IMG/VR virus record: IMGVR_UViG_3300026511_000002
From: an uncultured virus (IMG/VR IMGVR_UViG_3300026511_000002)
Lineage: Duplodnaviria > Heunggongvirae > Uroviricota > Caudoviricetes
DNA: 54,168 bases
Direction: 5' to 3' (one strand)
The translations under genes were made by a program, and so were the position numbers. The notes under the pieces are model-generated. The model ran no database searches and was not told the DNA's origin. It worked only from the letters and a program-made list of their open reading frames with translations. Positions 17,709 through 27,594 of the stretch are shown one piece after another; position 1 is the first letter of the stretch, and every line of letters begins with the position of its first letter.

Positions 17709-19375
17709 GAATAAATTTTATAGAATTTAAAAACTTCGCTTCTTATGGTAATCAACTACAAAGAATTGAGTTTGATCCAGAACAATCAAAGTTATTCCTA
17801 ACACTTGGTAAAAATGGTGATGGTAAAACAACTATCGCAAATGCAATTATATATGCACTTTATGGTAGAGTTGAAGGTGTAAAACTTTCAGATTTGCCAA
17901 ATAGAATTAATAAAGAACTGCATGTTAAAATAGGTTTAACATGTGGGCCAATTGATGTAGAAATAGAAAGAGGTTTACTACCTAATAAGTTTAGTGTAAA
18001 ACTAAATGGAGTTGAGTTTGATAAAGCAGGTAAAAAATCTGTACAAGATTATTTAGAAGAAGAAATATTTGGAATACCATATCATGTATTTAAAAACATA
18101 ATCATATTGTCTGTAAATGATTTTAAATCATTTTTAACAATGTCCAATCAAGATAAAAAACAAATCATTGACAAGATGTTTGGTTTCTCTATTTTAAACG
18201 ATATGCAAATGTCAATTAAAACTGAAAGACGAAATATAAAAATGGACATTGATTCTTATGAGAGTGAATTAAATCAAATACTTGACTCTATTGCCTCGGT
18301 TAAGGGTAAACTTAATACTTTATTAGAAGAATCACAGCAAAAAAACAATTCTAAAATAGACGAATTAAAATCTAATTTAGTAGAACTAAATGAAAGTGTA
18401 AAAGAATTAAATGTCAATAAACAACATATTGATACAAAACTCACAGAAAAAGCAGAAGAATATGAATCTAAAAGAACTGATGCATCTTCTTTAAAACATG
18501 AAATAGAATATCTTAAAAAGAAAGTAAAGTTATATGAAAGTAAAAAATGTCCTACATGTGAAACACAGTTAGATAGTGAATGGCATTTAGAACAAAAAGA
18601 ACACTTTTGTACTAAAATAGAAGAAGACACATTGAGTATTAAATCACTCAAGGAGGCATTAGATTCTATAAAATCTAATATTTCAAAATTAAGAAGCGAA
18701 AAAGGTGATATAGAAAGTAAAACATCAGATATCAAATATAGTATGAAATCTTTTAAATCAGAACTTCTTAAAATAAAAGAAACGCCTGATGATTCTCAAT
18801 TTGAACATCTTAAAAATTTAATAAAGGATTTTGAGAAAAAAGAAAGTGTTAAATCTACAAGCAAAGATAATTTAAATGCTGATTATAATTTCATGGAAAT
18901 TGTAGAACAGGTTTTAGGTGAAGATGGTGTAAAGAATTTAGCAGTTAAAACTATTTTACCGGGACTTAATACTAATATTGCAGCAATGGCGCAAACAATG
19001 CACTTACAATTCCATATTAGATTTGATGAGAAGTTTAATTGTATTATTAATCATTTAGGTGAAGATATTAATCCAATGACGCTTTCAACAGGTGAGCGTA
19101 AGAAGGCAGATTTCATTATCATCATCGCTATTATCAAAATATTAAAATTAAGATTTCCACAATTAAACTTATTATTCTTAGATGAATTGTTATCTTCAGT
19201 TGACCATGATGGTGTTTATAACATATTGAAGATATTAAATCAAGTAATCAAAGAAAACAAGATAAATACATTTGTTATCAATCACTCTGTGCTTCCACAT
19301 GAAATATTCGACAAGAAGCTACAGATCTATAGAGAGAACGGGTTCTCTAAGTTCACCATAGATACTATAGAGTAA
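17705..19375 (+). CDS. gp46: Rad50/SbcC-like recombination ATPase
   Basis: GKNGDGKTT, coiled coil with CPTC zinc hook, LSTGE signature, FLDE. Confidence 0.93.
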   Translation: MRINFIEFKNFASYGNQLQRIEFDPEQSKLFLTLGKNGDGKTTIANAIIYALYGRVEGVKLSDLPNRINKELHVKIGLTCGPIDVEIERGLLPNKFSVKLNGVEFDKAGKKSVQDYLEEEIFGIPYHVFKNIIILSVNDFKSFLTMSNQDKKQIIDKMFGFSILNDMQMSIKTERRNIKMDIDSYESELNQILDSIASVKGKLNTLLEESQQKNNSKIDELKSNLVELNESVKELNVNKQHIDTKLTEKAEEYESKRTDASSLKHEIEYLKKKVKLYESKKCPTCETQLDSEWHLEQKEHFCTKIEEDTLSIKSLKEALDSIKSNISKLRSEKGDIESKTSDIKYSMKSFKSELLKIKETPDDSQFEHLKNLIKDFEKKESVKSTSKDNLNADYNFMEIVEQVLGEDGVKNLAVKTILPGLNTNIAAMAQTMHLQFHIRFDEKFNCIINHLGEDINPMTLSTGERKKADFIIIIAIIKILKLRFPQLNLLFLDELLSSVDHDGVYNILKILNQVIKENKINTFVINHSVLPHEIFDKKLQIYRENGFSKFTIDTIE

Positions 19376-19383
19376 GATATATA
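19376..19383 (+). promoter_or_regulatory. Putative late promoter GATATATA
   Basis: Octamer just upstream of ORF 19402. Confidence 0.7.
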
Positions 19384-19401
19384 AATAAAATAAAGAAATA
19401 G

Positions 19402-20502
19402 ATGGCAACATATAATCTTAAGTATAACAAAGACGATTCAGTTATTAGACACATCATAATTGGTCTATTAGCTGATCTTAATAGCAAGCTTAGTTTTTGG
19501 AGACAAATCTCTAATGAAGAGAGAGCTATAATTGATGTGCCATTTTTTTACGCAGTATCAGGTGATGAAAACTTCGTTAAAGATAATTTCTTATTTTCAA
19601 ATGTAAACGGAGAAGGCTGTGATCCAGATGGTCAATATGCAAACGGTAATTATGACAAAGTGCCAAGAGGTATAGTAAATCTAACTTCATTTTCTGTTGA
19701 TCCTGGTAAATTAGTAAATAAAAGAAATTTAGGTAATTATACCATGATGAATAATCAAGGTTTAATGGAAGGTTATGTAGCTGAATTTGAAATTATTCCA
19801 TGTGTAATTGGCGTAGATATTGAAATATTAGTTTCTAGCCAATTGGATATGTTTAAGGTCACAGAATCTATTATTAAAAACATGTATAAGGCAAACTTTT
19901 TCCATGTAGATGCAGGTCACCTTGAAGATGGTATGTATAGAATTTCTTCAGAATACATGATGCCAGACGATTACACACAAGAACGTCCAATTGAATATGG
20001 ATTTGATGATAAAGAAAATCATAAAATTACATTTAGTTTAGAAATCAACACATTTATACCTTCATTTGATTTTGAAGATGATATCTACACTAAATTTACA
20101 AGATCTGTTTATCCTTTAGGTGTTACTGGTAATTACGGTGATCCAAATGGCGTAGCATTAGATCCTGCAATATTATATAGTGATTATGAGGGTGATATGC
20201 CACAACCTGTACAATACACAGACACTTCAGGTTCAATATGGATGTGGGATTCAGAAACACAATCATGGATACAAAAAGAATCTCCAAAAGGAGATGATTT
20301 CATAGTAGATGACTCAGATATGGGTAAATTAATAACTAAGAATTCACATTTAGTAAGAACTTCTAAAAGAAGAAAGAACTCAAACAGAATGTTTAAAATT
20401 GGTAATTCTCAAGAGTTTTCAAATGATGTTATGGAAAAAGATAAACCTCTTTTTGGTGATGGTTTTGACGTCTCGTCGACAGATCTACCATTCAAAGAAT
20501 AA
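19402..20502 (+). CDS. Tail sheath stabilizer/terminator (gp15-like)
   Basis: IRHIIIGLLADLN...DVPFFY...VPRG...SFSVDP pattern like T4 gp15; late promoter. Confidence 0.65.
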   Translation: MATYNLKYNKDDSVIRHIIIGLLADLNSKLSFWRQISNEERAIIDVPFFYAVSGDENFVKDNFLFSNVNGEGCDPDGQYANGNYDKVPRGIVNLTSFSVDPGKLVNKRNLGNYTMMNNQGLMEGYVAEFEIIPCVIGVDIEILVSSQLDMFKVTESIIKNMYKANFFHVDAGHLEDGMYRISSEYMMPDDYTQERPIEYGFDDKENHKITFSLEINTFIPSFDFEDDIYTKFTRSVYPLGVTGNYGDPNGVALDPAILYSDYEGDMPQPVQYTDTSGSIWMWDSETQSWIQKESPKGDDFIVDDSDMGKLITKNSHLVRTSKRRKNSNRMFKIGNSQEFSNDVMEKDKPLFGDGFDVSSTDLPFKE

Positions 20503-20508
20503 ATTAAA

Positions 20509-20516
20509 GATATATA
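20509..20516 (+). promoter_or_regulatory. Putative late promoter GATATATA
   Basis: Octamer upstream of ORF 20537. Confidence 0.7.
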
Positions 20517-20536
20517 TTAAAAATTAAATAATACAA

Positions 20537-21724
20537 ATGACAAATTTAAACAACGGAATTATTTCCCCATTTGTTGAAGCAAAACAAGGTTTTGTGTTTC
20601 ATGCAGCTGGTCAAAATTTCAAAATGACAGGAAGTCATATAGAAAAATTTAGTAATGTTTCTGAGGATTTTAAATCATTAGTTAAAGCAAATGAACTTTT
20701 TTCAATAACAAACGAAGGCGTTTCTTTTTACTATGATTATAATAATAAGAAATCTATTTCTAAAATTGAAGAATCTTCAGTAGAGAACTTTAACTCACTT
20801 GTAGCATTGAATGAAAAAATTGATTTTTTAAATAGTAGTCTTAAAAATTCAAATAAAGCTAGTAATAATTCAGTTATAGTAGATGAGCTTAAAAATGAAT
20901 TAGCAGTTTTAGAATCATCTAGAACCGATTTACTTAAGAATTCAATTACTATTGAAGTATCATATAAGGTAGAAGAAAACAAATTTTACACTGGTAATAT
21001 AGAATTAGCAGTTTCTACTTCACTTCCTTTATCAGAATCTATGTTTGCATCTGCATATATTAGATATGAAGATAAAGCATTGATTGATTTATTCGAATTT
21101 GCTTCTAAGAACTATAAACATTATGGACTTTTAGAATTTATTTCTGAATCAAAAGACGGAGACGTTAATGTATTGGCAATGAGAGCAGAAAATAACATGT
21201 TCATATACAAATATAACGAATCTACCAAAATAGATAAATTTACTAAATTACTTGCAGACGCAGCCATCGAATATGTTGCTGAACAAACAGGTGCAGATAT
21301 CACACCAATGGTTGAAGATATTTTAGAATCTTATAAATCTAGAAGAGCAGCTAAAAACGAGAAGATGTTATTAATGCATGAAATGATTGCATTTTTAAAA
21401 GATCAAAAGGGTAGATTAGCTGAAGCTAATAGAAATTTACCAGACATCAAGGCAGCTGATCAATTACTAAACTCTGAAATCAAAAGAATTTCTGAAGAAC
21501 TAGATAATATAGGAAATGAAGATATTCTTACTAAAGATGATGGTTATATTGACGCCTCAACTAAATATGAATCAGACGAAATACCTAAGGGTACCGTTGT
21601 AAAAGTAGATGCATTAGAATGGGCTGGACAAGGAAAAACAGACATACTAACAGTATTCGTAAACGACGATCCATTAAGAATAGAGAAAAACAAGCTTCAG
21701 TTATCTGCTGAAGATTCTATTTAA
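20537..21724 (+). CDS. Hypothetical late (probably virion) protein
   Basis: 395 aa ORF behind a late-promoter motif; no recognised domain. Confidence 0.7.
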   Translation: MTNLNNGIISPFVEAKQGFVFHAAGQNFKMTGSHIEKFSNVSEDFKSLVKANELFSITNEGVSFYYDYNNKKSISKIEESSVENFNSLVALNEKIDFLNSSLKNSNKASNNSVIVDELKNELAVLESSRTDLLKNSITIEVSYKVEENKFYTGNIELAVSTSLPLSESMFASAYIRYEDKALIDLFEFASKNYKHYGLLEFISESKDGDVNVLAMRAENNMFIYKYNESTKIDKFTKLLADAAIEYVAEQTGADITPMVEDILESYKSRRAAKNEKMLLMHEMIAFLKDQKGRLAEANRNLPDIKAADQLLNSEIKRISEELDNIGNEDILTKDDGYIDASTKYESDEIPKGTVVKVDALEWAGQGKTDILTVFVNDDPLRIEKNKLQLSAEDSI

Positions 21725-21745
21725 AATATTACACTATTTTATTTT

Positions 21746-21777
21746 AAAGCCCATTTGGAAACAATTGGGCTTTTTTT
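21746..21777 (+). terminator. Rho-independent terminator
   Basis: AAAGCCCA...TGGGCTTT stem with T7 tail; overlaps the gp55 promoter. Confidence 0.75.
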
Positions 21778-21785
21778 CGTATAAG
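21758..21785 (+). promoter_or_regulatory. Putative middle promoter for gp55
   Basis: GAAAC-N17-TATAAG. Confidence 0.65.
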
Positions 21786-21805
21786 TTTAAATACATCTAA
21801 CAACA

Positions 21806-22183
21806 ATGGCAAGAAAGAAAAATTATTTAAATAACAAAGATCTTTATAACGAACTTGTAAAGTCAAAAGAATTAGACAAATTAACACCAACTGCAGAAAA
21901 AATGTTAGTGTTATTAGCAGAAAGAACTATTAACAAATTAAACTATGTTAATTCAGATGATCGCAACGATTGTTTACAGTTTGCTCTATTAGATCTTTTA
22001 AAATATTGGAGAAATTTTAATCCAAAATATCCAAACGCATTTGCGTATTTTACAGAAATAGCAAAAAGAGGATATGCAAAAGGATGGAATAAAATTCATC
22101 CACAGAAATATAAAGGCACGTTATCGATTGATCGAATCTCTACAGGAGGTGATAGTGAAAACGGCGGAATGTTTAACATATAA
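21806..22183 (+). CDS. gp55: Late-transcription sigma factor (short gp55-like)
   Basis: NYLNNKDLY and NFNPKYPNAFAYFTEIA motifs characteristic of gp55. Confidence 0.8.
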   Translation: MARKKNYLNNKDLYNELVKSKELDKLTPTAEKMLVLLAERTINKLNYVNSDDRNDCLQFALLDLLKYWRNFNPKYPNAFAYFTEIAKRGYAKGWNKIHPQKYKGTLSIDRISTGGDSENGGMFNI

Positions 22184-22669
22184 ATGTCAATAAAAAATCT
22201 TAAACCTACTAATAATTCAGGCTTTATACAAGGATATTTTAATCCAAAAAATCCAGAAAAGTATATTGGCCCAATCCCTATTATTTATAGATCATCATGG
22301 GAAAGAAAGTTTATGATTATGTGTGACACAAGAGAAGACGTTATTAAATGGTCAAGTGAGCCAGTAGAGATTAAGTATATTTGGTCTTTTGATAAAAGAG
22401 AACATAAGTATTATCCAGATTTCTACATGAAAACTAGAAGTATTGATGAGGGTGTGGAAACGTATAAAGAATTTTTGGTTGAAATAAAACCAGAAGCACA
22501 GATTACAAAGCCATCTCCTCCTAAAAAGAATAGCCAAAAGGCATTGAAGTCATATAAGTTTTTGGCAGAGCAGTATATAAAAAATAGAGATAAATATAAA
22601 TATGCACAAGCATGGGCTGACAACAGAGGTTGGAGGTTTATTGTGTTGACTGAAAAATCTCTGAAATAA
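22184..22669 (+). CDS. gp4: Head completion nuclease (TnsA-like fold)
   Basis: YRSSWE, WSSE, YYPDF, VEIKP, FIVLTE. Confidence 0.85.
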   Translation: MSIKNLKPTNNSGFIQGYFNPKNPEKYIGPIPIIYRSSWERKFMIMCDTREDVIKWSSEPVEIKYIWSFDKREHKYYPDFYMKTRSIDEGVETYKEFLVEIKPEAQITKPSPPKKNSQKALKSYKFLAEQYIKNRDKYKYAQAWADNRGWRFIVLTEKSLK

Positions 22670-23295
22670 TGGGTAAAATAAAAAAGGACATTAAGGATTT
22701 AAGTAAAGAAGCTGGTAGTAAAACTAAAGCACGAAGAGGTGCTGAAGAATGGTTTGAAAAAGCATCCAAATCTGTTAGAGACAATTCTGTTGCCAAATAT
22801 AGTAAACCATTTAAAACGGGTATGATTCATGTATTTAGATATGATAAACCTAAAAATATTAAAACTCTACCGTGGTGGGATAGAAATCCAGTAGTATTAG
22901 CACTGGATCCACATGAAAGCGGAACAGACGTTGGTATTAATTTAAACTTATTACCAGTACAAATGAAAGAAGATCTATTAGATATGATCTATGACAGAAT
23001 GGAAGGGCAGATTAAATCAAAATCTGGAAGGGCATCAAAAGACAATGCAATGACACAAGGTCAAATAAACCTAATTTATAAAGATGCTGTAAAATTTTTA
23101 AAACAATTTGGTTTTGATTTTGCAGTTAGACAATATATTCCACAACTAAAAAAGAATCAAAAGGTAGTTTCTTATGAAAGTTGGGCAAAAATAGCGCTAT
23201 GTGACTTTGATGACTTAGATGGTATTGGAATTAACGAAGTAAAGCGTGCGTTTAGGGAACACCTTAAAACACGCGGAAAAAGAAAAGATATATAA
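22669..23295 (+). CDS. gp2: DNA end protector protein
   Basis: FRYD..K..LPWWDRNP, GINLNLLP, VRQY as in T4 gp2; adjacent to gp4. Confidence 0.75.
   Translation: MGKIKKDIKDLSKEAGSKTKARRGAEEWFEKASKSVRDNSVAKYSKPFKTGMIHVFRYDKPKNIKTLPWWDRNPVVLALDPHESGTDVGINLNLLPVQMKEDLLDMIYDRMEGQIKSKSGRASKDNAMTQGQINLIYKDAVKFLKQFGFDFAVRQYIPQLKKNQKVVSYESWAKIALCDFDDLDGIGINEVKRAFREHLKTRGKRKDI
23287..23294 (+). promoter_or_regulatory. Putative late promoter GATATATA
   Basis: Octamer upstream of the portal gene. Confidence 0.7.
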
Positions 23296-23318
23296 ACAGA
23301 ACATAATAATATAGTAAT

Positions 23319-24911
23319 ATGGCAGGATTTAACGATAGAAACGGACCATTGAGTAATGGATCAAAGCCTTTTAGCATATCAAATGCATTAAAGTCTTTAT
23401 CCTCGTTCGGTATGCGATATGATGATTTAGTCTTAAGACAATCACAAGCAATTGGACCAATGGAAGCAGAAATTGGTTATGGTCAAATGAATCCATTTGG
23501 TGTTGACAACGACGACATCTATGGTGCATTTGCAGCAATGTCTATGACAGACACTAACCTAAGATCTAATATTCCGTTCTTTGATCAATCATATGAAGGT
23601 AAAAGAGAAGAACTTAGAAAGTTTTCATTAAACGATGAAGTAGAAGATATTTTAGATATTCTTTGTGATGAAACAATAGTGTATGATGAAAAAAACTTTT
23701 TCTGTTACCCTGAAATTTTAGGTATTGATATATCAGATGATGTTGATAAAGATCTTAACAAATATTTCAGACAAATTTATCACTATTTTGGTTTTAATTC
23801 TGATCAATCTGCATGGTACTTCTTTAGAAAATTTCTTATTGATGGATATCTTGCTTTTGAAATAATTTATTCCCCTGACCAAAAAGAAATTATAGGTTTT
23901 AAAGAATTAGATCCTATTACTCTTATTCCAGGTTACAATCACGATGATGGTAAAAAAGTTTGGGTACAATATAAAGATGATCCAGTAAAAGAAAGAAAAT
24001 TATATGATTCACAAGTTATATACATTTCTTATTCATCTATAACTACTGCATCTAGAGTTTCATATATAGAGAGATTAACAAGAGCATTCAACTTGTTAAG
24101 AATTATGGAACATACCAGAGTAATCTGGGCAGTGACTAATGCTTCATTTAGAATGAAGTTTGTAATTCCTGTAGGTGGTAAATCTAAAACTAGAGCTAAA
24201 CAATCTTTGGCACAGTTAATGAATTCTTATAAAGAATCTGTAGATTTCGATTGGGAATCAGGTACTTTAGCCACAGACGGTAAACCAATGCTACAATTTA
24301 GTAAAGAATATTGGTTACCTTCTAAAGATGGTGATTCACCAGAAATAGAAACATTAAATAGTGAAGGACCAGATCTTTCAGATACAGAAGCACTTAAATA
24401 CTTCTCAGATAAATTAAAACATGTTTCTAAAATTCCTTACTCAAGATTCTTATATGAAGATGGAGGTGGAGATTTCAACTTAGCTGCTGATGGTATGATT
24501 AGGGATGAGATCAAGTTTGGTAAGTTTATCAAACGATTGAGATCTATATTCATGGAAATTTTATCTAAGCCTTTATTTATTCAAATGTGTTTAAAATATC
24601 CTGAGTTTACAAATGATCCTCAGTTTAAATCACAAGTAGCTTTAAGGTTTAATGAAGAGAATGTGTTCTCGGAATTAAAAGACATGGAATTAATGGAAAA
24701 ACGATTAGACTTTATTGGTACTATGAGAGATTCGTTAATGACAACCAATCAAGAGACTATGGAAGAAGAATACTATTTCGATCAAGAATACTTAGTTAAA
24801 AAATATCTTAAACTGAGTGATGATGAAATTAGAGCAAATGAAGCCTTTAAATCTAAACTGGCAAAGAAGTCGGCTGAAGAACCAGAGGCTGAAGATCCAT
24901 TCGCAATGTAA
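23319..24911 (+). CDS. gp20: Portal protein
   Basis: FLIDG, ELDP, SYIE...NLLRIME, EYWLP..DG..EIETL, KIPYSR, RDEIKFGKFIKRLR. Confidence 0.92.
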   Translation: MAGFNDRNGPLSNGSKPFSISNALKSLSSFGMRYDDLVLRQSQAIGPMEAEIGYGQMNPFGVDNDDIYGAFAAMSMTDTNLRSNIPFFDQSYEGKREELRKFSLNDEVEDILDILCDETIVYDEKNFFCYPEILGIDISDDVDKDLNKYFRQIYHYFGFNSDQSAWYFFRKFLIDGYLAFEIIYSPDQKEIIGFKELDPITLIPGYNHDDGKKVWVQYKDDPVKERKLYDSQVIYISYSSITTASRVSYIERLTRAFNLLRIMEHTRVIWAVTNASFRMKFVIPVGGKSKTRAKQSLAQLMNSYKESVDFDWESGTLATDGKPMLQFSKEYWLPSKDGDSPEIETLNSEGPDLSDTEALKYFSDKLKHVSKIPYSRFLYEDGGGDFNLAADGMIRDEIKFGKFIKRLRSIFMEILSKPLFIQMCLKYPEFTNDPQFKSQVALRFNEENVFSELKDMELMEKRLDFIGTMRDSLMTTNQETMEEEYYFDQEYLVKKYLKLSDDEIRANEAFKSKLAKKSAEEPEAEDPFAM

Positions 24912-24927
24912 AACAATGATTAAAAAA

Positions 24928-24935
24928 GATATATA
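24928..24935 (+). promoter_or_regulatory. Putative late promoter GATATATA
   Basis: Octamer upstream of ORF 24940. Confidence 0.7.
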
Positions 24936-24939
24936 AAAC

Positions 24940-25278
24940 ATGAAAATTATCAAAACATTTAATGACTTCATATCTGAAGATGCTCTTAGAGCTGGGGAAG
25001 ATTCTAAAGTCATAATCGACGATCTAAAGTTAGATTCTGGTCCTGAAATTAAATCTGCTGAAATTCTAGGAGCTATTACAGCAGCTTTAACTGATGAAGA
25101 ATTTAAGCAGTATTTTTATGAAACATATAGCGAAGCTGCCTTTGCAGAAGGTGAAATGGATATTCTAGTAGGCTATTATTTAGATAAATCGGCAGAAGAA
25201 GCTGAAGCTGAAAAGGAAGCTGAAAAGGAAGAAGAAGGTGGTGAAGAAGACAGCGATGACCCGCTTGCTGGAATGTAA
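24940..25278 (+). CDS. Acidic prohead core / internal head protein
   Basis: Between portal and protease; N-terminal KTFNDFISE resembles the T4 capsid targeting sequence. Confidence 0.55.
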   Translation: MKIIKTFNDFISEDALRAGEDSKVIIDDLKLDSGPEIKSAEILGAITAALTDEEFKQYFYETYSEAAFAEGEMDILVGYYLDKSAEEAEAEKEAEKEEEGGEEDSDDPLAGM

Positions 25279-25302
25279 TAAGATATTTCAATAATAAAGT
25301 AT

Positions 25303-25310
25303 GATATATA
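25303..25310 (+). promoter_or_regulatory. Putative late promoter GATATATA
   Basis: Octamer upstream of the protease gene. Confidence 0.7.
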
Positions 25311-25334
25311 TTAAAAATACAAAAATAAAATATT

Positions 25335-27482
25335 ATGAATAATAATAACGATTTATTGATCGTCGAGATGTCGTCATCTGCATTGAGTGTTACTCCATCG
25401 GATAATAAAGACTACATTCTGGAAGGTGTTTTTGGTCAAATTGATCAAAAAAATAAAAATAACCGTATTTACACAGAATCCGAATATGTTCCTCAAATAG
25501 AAGCATTACAACAAAAAATCGGAGCTAGTAAATTACTGGGTGAATTAGATCACCCTGCACAATTTGATATTTCTTTAAAGAATGTATCTCACATTATTGA
25601 AGAATTAACTTATGACAAAGATTCTAAAGAAGTCAGAGGACGTATTAAATTATTAGATACAGATGCTGGTCGTCAAGCTAAAGCCTTAGTAGACGCTGGT
25701 GTACCTTTACAGATTTCATCTAGAGCTGCAGGTGCAGTTGAATCTAATGGACAAGTAAAAATTAAGCAATTGTTTACATACGATTTAGTAGCTGACCCTG
25801 GTTTTGAAAACGCAGAGTTAAAGAGAGTTAATGAATCTTATGGTTTTTCAAACGACACAGGACTTTATATATATGAAGTTGGTGAAGCTAATTTAACTGA
25901 AAATATTGAAAATAAAACTACAAACACACAAATAAAAGAAAATAAAAACATGGCAGAATTTGTAAAATCTGAGGATTTCAATAAGTACTCTGAGTATTTA
26001 GCGAATGAGATCAAGACACTAAAAGAGTCTATTGAAGCTAAAGACGAAGCAGCTTCAGGCGAAAACACAGTAGAAAATCTAACACAACACAATAACCACA
26101 TTGTAGAATCAGTTAATGATTTAACAGAATATGTAGGGTATATTGCTGAACAATTAGATGGTTCTATTCAGTATACGGAACATGTAGCTGAAAAAACAGA
26201 TCAATCTATTTCTTATTCAGAAAGTATTGCTGAAAAACTAGATCAAGGTATTTCTTATACTGAGCATTTAGCAGAATCAGTATCTAAAGTTAAAGATTTC
26301 GCTAATTATTTAGCAGAAGCACATAACGAAGGTGCTGAATCAAACAACACTTTATTAGAATACGTTGAATACTTAAAAGAAAACTTACAATCTGTCTCTG
26401 AATACGCAGAATACATTGCTGAATCTTTAAACGAAACTGTTGAAGAAGTTGAAGTTAATGTTGAAGCAGAAGAAGATAAAGAAGAAGATGTAGAAGCAGC
26501 TGATAACGTTGAAGGTGAAGAAGTTGCAAAAGAAGCAGGCGAAGATAACGAAGAAGTTACTGAAGAGACTGAAGAAGTTGAAGAGACTGAAGAAGTTGAA
26601 GAAGTTGAAGAGACTGAAGAAGTTACTGAAGAAGAAGATCCTGCAAAAGATAAAGACGAAGCTGAAGACACAGACGAAATAGAAAACATCGGTGATAATT
26701 CAGAAGAAGGTGCAGTTGCTGCAGATAGCGATGAAGCTGGAAAAGAAGTTGAAGAAATTGAAGACGAAGAAGTTGAAGCTGGAGATAATTCAGAAGAAGG
26801 CGACGTTGGAGGTGAAGAAGTTGCTAAAGAAGGTGACGAAGACGCTGACGATGCTGTAACATCAGATTCTGAAATCGAAGATGAAACTGAAGAAGCTGAT
26901 GCTGGTGAAGGTGAAGAAGAAGCTGAAGGTGAAGATGGAGCACACGATCCATTAGAAGCTTATAAAGCAGATATCTCTTCTAAATTAGACGCACTAGTAG
27001 AAAATGCAACTAAAAAAGAAAATGAAAATCCTTCATTCTTTAAAGTAGTATCATCTGCAACTAGAAATAAATATAACGAATTATCAGAATCTGCTAAAAC
27101 AGATGTTAGAGGAATCGTTTCTAAAAGAGGATTTATGACAGAATCAGAAATTATGTCAGTAATGAATGAAGCACAACTTATTGTTGAAAGTGCAGGAGCA
27201 CAACCTACATTCATTGCACTTATGCCTTCTGAATATAAAGAAGCATGGGCTAATCTATCTGAATCTAAACAAAATAATATCATCGCACAATCTAAATACC
27301 ACACATTGAACACAGAATATCAAGTTGCTAATTTCTGGCAAACTAGAGACTTAAGAGACACTAAAGTGGAATTAGAAAAAGTTGCAATGGTAACTGAAGC
27401 TAAGAAAGAAGAAACTAAACCAACATTAGGATATGATGTATCAGGTATGGCAGATGCTTTCAAACAAAGGTTCAATAAGTAA
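25335..27482 (+). CDS. gp21: Prohead protease (gp21) fused to a scaffold (gp22-like) acidic region
   Basis: LEGVF, NKNNRIY, GELDHP, VSH, ISSRAAG, YDLVADPGF in the first ~165 aa, then ~550 aa Glu-rich helical region. Confidence 0.88.
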   Translation: MNNNNDLLIVEMSSSALSVTPSDNKDYILEGVFGQIDQKNKNNRIYTESEYVPQIEALQQKIGASKLLGELDHPAQFDISLKNVSHIIEELTYDKDSKEVRGRIKLLDTDAGRQAKALVDAGVPLQISSRAAGAVESNGQVKIKQLFTYDLVADPGFENAELKRVNESYGFSNDTGLYIYEVGEANLTENIENKTTNTQIKENKNMAEFVKSEDFNKYSEYLANEIKTLKESIEAKDEAASGENTVENLTQHNNHIVESVNDLTEYVGYIAEQLDGSIQYTEHVAEKTDQSISYSESIAEKLDQGISYTEHLAESVSKVKDFANYLAEAHNEGAESNNTLLEYVEYLKENLQSVSEYAEYIAESLNETVEEVEVNVEAEEDKEEDVEAADNVEGEEVAKEAGEDNEEVTEETEEVEETEEVEEVEETEEVTEEEDPAKDKDEAEDTDEIENIGDNSEEGAVAADSDEAGKEVEEIEDEEVEAGDNSEEGDVGGEEVAKEGDEDADDAVTSDSEIEDETEEADAGEGEEEAEGEDGAHDPLEAYKADISSKLDALVENATKKENENPSFFKVVSSATRNKYNELSESAKTDVRGIVSKRGFMTESEIMSVMNEAQLIVESAGAQPTFIALMPSEYKEAWANLSESKQNNIIAQSKYHTLNTEYQVANFWQTRDLRDTKVELEKVAMVTEAKKEETKPTLGYDVSGMADAFKQRFNK

Positions 27483-27492
27483 AAAATTAACA

Positions 27493-27500
27493 GATATATA
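27493..27500 (+). promoter_or_regulatory. Putative late promoter GATATATA
   Basis: Octamer upstream of the capsid gene. Confidence 0.72.
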
Positions 27501-27594
27501 AATTAATCGACGATAAGGGTGACAGAAGCAGAAAACCCATTGAATGTCGAGTTTTTAACTAAACAACAATAAACAAAAAAAACGATCATTAAAA

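Noticed and set aside
26306..26689. Ser-rich minus-strand ORF
   Set aside because: Shadow of the GAA-rich acidic scaffold region
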